NCBI GenBank assembly: GCA_965140445.1 | Contig: OZ223236.1 | Span: 3,232,001-3,296,000 of the forward strand | DNA: 64,000 nucleotides | DNA from: Candidatus Ozemobacteraceae bacterium | Lineage (GTDB): Bacteria > Muiribacteriota > Ozemobacteria > Ozemobacterales > Ozemobacteraceae | Direction of reading: 5' to 3' | In this document: positions 58,327 to 64,000 of the stretch, in pieces | How positions within the stretch are numbered: position 1 is the stretch's first letter | Layout of the letters: each line of letters opens with the position of its first letter | Position numbers and translations under genes: made by a program | Notes under the pieces: model-generated | What the model was told of the DNA's origin: nothing | Seen by the model: the letters and a program-made list of their open reading frames with translations, nothing else | Databases searched by the model: none

Positions 58327-59373
58327 ATGCATAAATATGTTTTGCTACAAGACCCTCGTCACAATAGAGTTTTCCTGAATAAATCCGAAAAGATATCTCT
58401 GGCAGAATTGCAAATTGCATGCAACAAGTTTGAGGGCGGTTGCGAAAACCTATCAACGGTTTCCATTGGTGGTATCAACTATTTTTCATTTGAAATGGAA
58501 AAAGAAATTACAACTGTGGAATTGAGCATTCTCTCAAGACTGACTTTTGTTTTTGCCATTTTTGAAGTTATCAAATTAAAGGATCATGACGTATTTTTGC
58601 CTGTAACCAAAGAAGCTTATGAATATATCGATCCAAAAATTTCATCGATTCTTAAGTATTCAGGTAAAACAAATGAAATTTTTACCAGGCTTATGATAAA
58701 TGTTGGGTTACTTTCCACAAATTTCAGCTCCGAGGAAACCATCAACCTTCTTGATCCAATGGCAGGGAAGGGGACAACCTTATTTGAAGGTCTGATCCAG
58801 GGCTTTAATGTAACTGGCATTGAAATCGAGTCTAAACCAGTAAAAGAACTTGAAAGCTTCTTTAAGAAATTCCTGGAAAAAGAAAAATTCAAGCACATTA
58901 CAAAAAATGGAAGAATTCACGTAAAAGAAACCACAGCCGCTGCTGTTACTCAAACTTTTTCTTTCGCCCCCAATAAGGATTTATTCAAGGAAGAAGCCGA
59001 TAGAAAATCCCTTTCGATAATACACGGGAACTCTATCTACGCTGGACAATATTTTAAGAAGGATTTATTTCATTTAATTGTTGGTGATCTGCCATGCGGC
59101 TCTGGTCACAGTAAAACAGCATGGAAAAGAAATTCAGCAGCGACTGAAACCCCAGGTGAATTTCTTTCTCAAAGCTTGCCGGGTTGGCACAAGGTTTTAA
59201 AGAAAAACGGTGCATTAGTTGTTTCATGGAACAAATTTTTGCTTCCCAAAAATGAAATACTGAATTTACTTAAAGCAAACGGCTTTGAAATTATTGATTC
59301 AAGCGAATATAATGAATTTGAGCATAAGGTGGATTTATCAATAAAAAGAGACTTTATCGTTGCAAAAAAATAG
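58327..59373 (+). CDS. Trm11-like SAM-dependent methyltransferase
   Basis: KYSGKTNE.FT.LM.N, LLDPMAGKGTTLF, GIEIE, VGDLPCG. Confidence 0.8.
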   Translation: MHKYVLLQDPRHNRVFLNKSEKISLAELQIACNKFEGGCENLSTVSIGGINYFSFEMEKEITTVELSILSRLTFVFAIFEVIKLKDHDVFLPVTKEAYEYIDPKISSILKYSGKTNEIFTRLMINVGLLSTNFSSEETINLLDPMAGKGTTLFEGLIQGFNVTGIEIESKPVKELESFFKKFLEKEKFKHITKNGRIHVKETTAAAVTQTFSFAPNKDLFKEEADRKSLSIIHGNSIYAGQYFKKDLFHLIVGDLPCGSGHSKTAWKRNSAATETPGEFLSQSLPGWHKVLKKNGALVVSWNKFLLPKNEILNLLKANGFEIIDSSEYNEFEHKVDLSIKRDFIVAKK

Positions 59374-59512
59374 TTTTTTTCGCCAAAATGAAAATTAACC
59401 TGCCAATCATTTATTTAGAGAGTCAATCTGAGTAATCAATAAAGACGTTTGTGTTTGTTTTCCAGAACTGGTAGCATATTAGAAAATATAAAAAGATGGT
59501 TTATGCAGTTGT

Positions 59513-62203
59513 ATGGCTATGAAACCTGATAAAGATAAAAAAGTATTCCAAAAAATCTTTGAAACAATGTCCTGCGCGTCCTGTGTTGATGAGATTGTTT
59601 ATGAAAATGGCAAAGCCGTTGATTATAGAATCTTAGATATTAACTGTGCTTTTGCAAAGTTATTAGGCGCTGATAAAAGTGAAATTATTGGGAAAAAATC
59701 CGTTGAAATTTACGGAGTTAATCCACCCTTATTTTTTGACATCTTTCTAAGGGTTGCCGAGACAGGCATACCTGAAACCTTTGTTGGCTATTTCCCCATT
59801 GTAAAAAAACATTTCAAGGTTAACGTAAGCTCTCCGCAAAAAGGAATGTTTTCAAATGTCTTATATGATGTAACGGAAGAAATTAAAGAAAAAAACTCTA
59901 TAAACAGAGAGCGAGATCGCCTTCAGCGGGTCTTAGAAATTTTGCAGAAAAAATTTAACAGTGTCCAGGAAATGCTTGATTATGCTTTAAGTGTGGCCAT
60001 TGAAATCACTGGAAGTAGAATAGGATATATTTACACTTATTCAGAAGATAATCAACTTTTCACACTTAATTCATGGTCAAAAGAAGTAATGCCCGCATGC
60101 TCTGTTGTTTCTCCACAAAGTGTTTGTGAGCTGGAAAAAACTGGTTTATGGGGAGAAGTCGTCAGGCAAAGAAAGCCAATCATAGTAAATGACTATTCAT
60201 TGCTCTCAGTCCAGAATAAGGGACTTCCTCAAGGGCACGTAAATTTAAACAAATATCTTTCCATACCTGTTTTTTTTGAAGAGAAAATTGTTGCTGTGGT
60301 TGGAGTTGCAAACAAAACTAATGATTATGAAGAAATAGATACGGTTCAACTTCAACTTTTAATGGATTCGATTTGGAAAAAGGTAATAGAAAAAAAAGCT
60401 ACGGAAAAATTGCAAAGTCTTGAGTGGATGTTAAGCGGTTCTATCAGGAATTCTTCGAACAACATGAATTCAATTGATATTGAGGACTTAACTGGAAACA
60501 ATCTGAATGGAAAAATTCTTCACACAATCGGTAAAGAAATCTTAGAAGGTCTCGCAGGAGATTATCTTGATTTAATAAGCTCTTCTTCTGCAATTTTTGA
60601 GGAAAACGGAGATTATGCCTTAGGTATATTTTCTTCAGAATGGTGCAAATTTTTAAATGCTTCTTCAAGAAAACTTTGTAATACAAGCGATTTAAAAGAA
60701 GCGATGACATCTAAAAAGTGGCTTTGTCACGAATCTTGTTGGACAAATAGCGGCCAAAAAGCATTAAAATCTGGGCAAGCCGTTGATATAGAATGTGCTG
60801 GAGGAATCAGGGTTTTTGCAGTTCCCATAAAACTTAAAGAAAACATCGTTGGAGCAATAAGTTTTGGTTACGGAAATCCCACGAAAGATGCTGCAAAATT
60901 GAAAAGAATTAGCGAAAAGTTTAATGTTTCCATTGATGATCTGCTTGAAAAATCCAACCAATATCATAGCAGGCCTGCATATATAATCGAGATGGCCAAA
61001 AAACGCTTATTGACTATCTCAAAATTGATTGGAACCATGTTAGAAGCGAAAGAAACAGAATTTCAACTATTGCATGCAATGAAAATGGATGCAATCGGCC
61101 GTCTAGCTGGAGGAGTCGCCCACGATTTCAACAATATGTTAAGCGTTATTTTGGGGCACGCAGAAATGGCATATTTAAGAGAGAATACCAACCCAGAGAT
61201 AAAAGCTGATCTGGAGCAGATTCTTTCTGCTGGCAAGCGTTCCGCAGAATTAACAAAACAGTTATTAGGGTTTGCGAGAAAGCAAAATGTCCAACCCAGG
61301 GTTTTAGATGTATCCCACAAAATTTCGAACATGACAACTATGTTAAAAAGGCTGATTGGGGAAAATATCGAGCTCTTAGTAAAAGATACCGAGGATAAAT
61401 TCCCATTGTATATTGATCCAAGCCAACTTGATCAAATAATAGTCAACCTGGTCATAAATGCTGCGGAAGCAATTTCAGGCCATGGCAAGATAATCATCAA
61501 TCTTGAAAAAATTCTTATAAAAGAAACCCATTATGATTTTGAAGATTTTCTTGATGCTGGTGCATATACCAAGTTGTCGATAAGCGATAATGGTTGTGGG
61601 ATGAGTCCGAATACGCTTAAGCGAATTTTTGAACCATTCTTTACCACTAAAAATGAAAACAAGGGCACAGGTTTGGGATTAGCCACTGTTTATGGGATTG
61701 TAAAGCAAAATGGTGGCACCATTAATGTATACAGTGAAGAAGGGCATGGCACAACTTTTAAAATTTATTTGCCAATTTATAGCGGAGAGACTGTGCCTAT
61801 ATTTGATCAATCTGAAAAAGATGAACTGGTTGGAGGAATAGAAACAATTTTGCTGGTAGAAGATGAAGAATCATTATTGTCGCTTACAAAATCAATGCTT
61901 GAGAAGCTTGGCTATAAAGTTATTTCTTCAAATTGCCCTTTAACTGCCATAGAAATAGCTAAAAAATTTAAAAGTAAAATTGATCTCGTTTTAACAGATG
62001 TTTTGATGCCACAAATGAATGGAAAAGAGCTTTTTAAAGAACTTCACAATATTTTACCAAACACAAAGGTGCTTTTCATGTCTGGTTATGCAGCAGAAGT
62101 TCTTAAAGAAAAAATAGATTTTCAAAATGAGATATATCTTATGGAAAAACCATTCAGTTTTAATACTATTTCGCAGGAAGTTAGAAAGGTTTTAGACAAC
62201 TAA
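59513..62203 (+). CDS. Hybrid histidine kinase (PAS-GAF-PocR-HisKA-HATPase-REC)
   Basis: [33 protein letters not shown]...P.GHV; PocR SEWC.FL...WLCHESCW...[13 protein letters not shown]; receiver LLVEDE...TDVLMP...EKPF. Confidence 0.92.
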   Translation: MAMKPDKDKKVFQKIFETMSCASCVDEIVYENGKAVDYRILDINCAFAKLLGADKSEIIGKKSVEIYGVNPPLFFDIFLRVAETGIPETFVGYFPIVKKHFKVNVSSPQKGMFSNVLYDVTEEIKEKNSINRERDRLQRVLEILQKKFNSVQEMLDYALSVAIEITGSRIGYIYTYSEDNQLFTLNSWSKEVMPACSVVSPQSVCELEKTGLWGEVVRQRKPIIVNDYSLLSVQNKGLPQGHVNLNKYLSIPVFFEEKIVAVVGVANKTNDYEEIDTVQLQLLMDSIWKKVIEKKATEKLQSLEWMLSGSIRNSSNNMNSIDIEDLTGNNLNGKILHTIGKEILEGLAGDYLDLISSSSAIFEENGDYALGIFSSEWCKFLNASSRKLCNTSDLKEAMTSKKWLCHESCWTNSGQKALKSGQAVDIECAGGIRVFAVPIKLKENIVGAISFGYGNPTKDAAKLKRISEKFNVSIDDLLEKSNQYHSRPAYIIEMAKKRLLTISKLIGTMLEAKETEFQLLHAMKMDAIGRLAGGVAHDFNNMLSVILGHAEMAYLRENTNPEIKADLEQILSAGKRSAELTKQLLGFARKQNVQPRVLDVSHKISNMTTMLKRLIGENIELLVKDTEDKFPLYIDPSQLDQIIVNLVINAAEAISGHGKIIINLEKILIKETHYDFEDFLDAGAYTKLSISDNGCGMSPNTLKRIFEPFFTTKNENKGTGLGLATVYGIVKQNGGTINVYSEEGHGTTFKIYLPIYSGETVPIFDQSEKDELVGGIETILLVEDEESLLSLTKSMLEKLGYKVISSNCPLTAIEIAKKFKSKIDLVLTDVLMPQMNGKELFKELHNILPNTKVLFMSGYAAEVLKEKIDFQNEIYLMEKPFSFNTISQEVRKVLDN

Positions 62204-62676
62204 TTTTTTCTACTTCGAATAAAGAAATAAATCCTGGAAAAAATAAAAATTCCCACAAATCCAGTTATATTTAAGAGAATAAAATCAAACTTAAAAGCCC
62301 AAAGGGTTCTTTTTGATCGTTCAAAAAATGAATTGTATTTTTTAAGGAAATCCTGGATCTCAGAAACAGTGCCATGATTTTTGCATGAAATATTATAGGT
62401 GCCATTTTTTTCAGTGATCTTATATTGAACAGGGGCCTTGCCTGAATCACAATAGAAATAGGATTTAAGGCCAATCAATTTGCATGTATCGGACGATAGG
62501 GCACCGGCTGGCACCTTTATTTCATCCATTTCTGCCATTTCGATGCTTCCCATAATTACCCTTTGATTTGCTGCGCATCGAACAGCACGAGAGGCAATTT
62601 TGCTGTCAATTATTCCTGAAGTAGCAGCAAAAAACGAGATGATAGGAACCAGCAAATACAATATTTTTTTAGGCAT
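62200..62676 (-). CDS. Small two-TM protein with a pilin-like Cys motif
   Basis: CAANQRVIMGSIEM.EMD...FYC...ISCKNHG between hydrophobic termini. Confidence 0.55.
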   Translation of the reverse strand: MPKKILYLLVPIISFFAATSGIIDSKIASRAVRCAANQRVIMGSIEMAEMDEIKVPAGALSSDTCKLIGLKSYFYCDSGKAPVQYKITEKNGTYNISCKNHGTVSEIQDFLKKYNSFFERSKRTLWAFKFDFILLNITGFVGIFIFSRIYFFIRSRKN

Positions 62677-62709
62677 ATTTTTTCCTTCATACTTTTTTAT
62701 TTTATACTA

Positions 62710-64000
62710 CTAATTTTCAAGGCCAAAACAGATTAGCTTTTGTTTAAATCTAAGAAATAGCTTGTTCTGAGCAACGATAGGTTTTGTCCAGGCTGCCCCC
62801 TGAACTTCTTCTAAAATGTTTGGAATAGAAGTTACAATCTCAAGTTTTTCCGGATTGGGTTTTATCAGGAAAAGATTGCCTTTAATATCCATACAAAGAA
62901 GATTATCATTAAGTTTTATGCAAGTTCCCCAGCCAAGATCATTTGTGGCCCATTTTACATCTCCGGTTTTCAGATCGAGGCATTTGAACTCACCTTTATT
63001 TTGCATGCTATAGCCAGTGTATCCGTAAATATAATCTCCAATTATGAATGGATCAGAATGGTGAGAGGCAAGATTTTTGTTTTTCCAGAGAATTTCAATT
63101 TTATCTTTACTTATTTTTATTAGCTCTCCACCCGTCCCATAACCTGAGGTAATGAAAACCAAATCATCTTTAAAAACAGGTGTAGTTGCATTTACCTTGT
63201 ATGAGGTTACCCATGGGGTATTCCAAAGCTCTTTTCCTGTTTCAGGTTCCATAGCTGCCAATCCATCGCCATAGAAATCCAGAATGACAGGAGAACCATT
63301 GATATGTGTCATACTTATAGCAGCATAACCAGACGCCCCTTTACCGGTTTTCCATTTTACTTCACCCGAAATTTTATCAAACGCAATGGTTCGGGCTGAA
63401 CCACCTGCATTTACAATAACCAGGGATTTATAAACAAGCGGAGAGCATGAATATCCCCACTTAGGCTCCTTGCCGCCTTCTTTGGTAACATTTTTTCTCC
63501 ATATTAGTTTTCCGTCAAACAAATTCCAGCACACCAGATCGCCGCTTCGACCAAAGGTATAAATTTTATCTTCGTCTAGCCATGGGGTTGCGCGAAATCC
63601 ACTACCATAACTACTCTTGGCTTTTGCAGGATAAGAGTTTTTCCAGATAAGGTTTCCTGTTTCTGTTTCCAGACAAAACAAAATATCGTTGTCCTCTTCT
63701 CTTCCACATGCAATAAGTCTATTTCCTATTATTACCGGTGCTGACCAAACTGCGGTGGTTTCATCCTGGCAAAGGTAGCTGACTTCCCACAATTTTTTTT
63801 AACTATTTTTTAAATCATTTGATAAATTTTTAACTGTTGCTGAATTGGAAAGGTCAGCGCCAAGCCAATTTGTCCAATCTTCTTCAGTCGTAGTTATCGG
63901 CGGAAATTCTTTTAAGGTTAAAGCCGGTATGCTCTCGACTTTACCAGTGATGTCTTTGTTGTTAAGCATGATTTTTATGGAATCATAGTTCCAAAAAATC
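62710..64000 (-). pseudogene. PQQ-binding-like (BamB-type) beta-propeller gene interrupted by an in-frame TAA; 5' end lies outside the window
   Basis: Repeats CLETETGNLIW, AFDKISGEVKW, CLDLKTGDVKW. The same frame continues upstream (EDWTNWLGAD...) across a single TAA at 63799-63801. Confidence 0.75.

Noticed and set aside
1..64000. tRNA, rRNA, IS elements, prophage
   Set aside because: No cloverleaf, rRNA-like, transposase, integrase or phage structural signatures seen by eye.

Overview
AT-rich bacterial chromosomal window with about 58 CDS. I found no rRNA, tRNA, CRISPR array, integrase or transposase. A pilin-like motif and the overall gene content suggest an anaerobe, possibly Candidatus Riflebacteria or a relative; this is weak inference. 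Recognisable core content: truA-rplM-rpsI-cdd, yaaA, glpQ, cheW, two hybrid histidine kinases (one paired with an ErcA-type Fe-ADH), and an 11-kb minus-strand one-carbon cluster (thrC-like, folD, class V aminotransferase, fhs, gcvT, glyA, gcvH, gcvPA, gcvPB) followed by a tRNA nucleotidyltransferase that looks CC-adding. The most striking unexplained structure is at 46.5-49.2 kb. The 3' end of a DUF2585-like membrane-protein gene occurs three times in direct orientation, and the two orphan copies differ from the gene mostly at synonymous sites. Each interval holds a self-contained toxin-antitoxin cassette: hicA (internally deleted)-hicB, and HTH-MNT/HEPN. This looks like serial TA-cassette accretion at a protein-coding gene 3' end, with no recombinase in the window. 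Other oddities: a secreted XendoU/PP11-type RNase, a secreted DUF1704/MATCAP-like peptidase, an output-less Cache-HAMP protein coupled to an MFS-HEAT protein, a ParB-like/SPL-like radical SAM/nucleosidase operon, a DUF4126-PlsC fusion, a 1.9-kaa double-VWA exported protein, and a beta-propeller gene broken by one in-frame TAA. All family assignments come from motif recognition by eye, not database searches.
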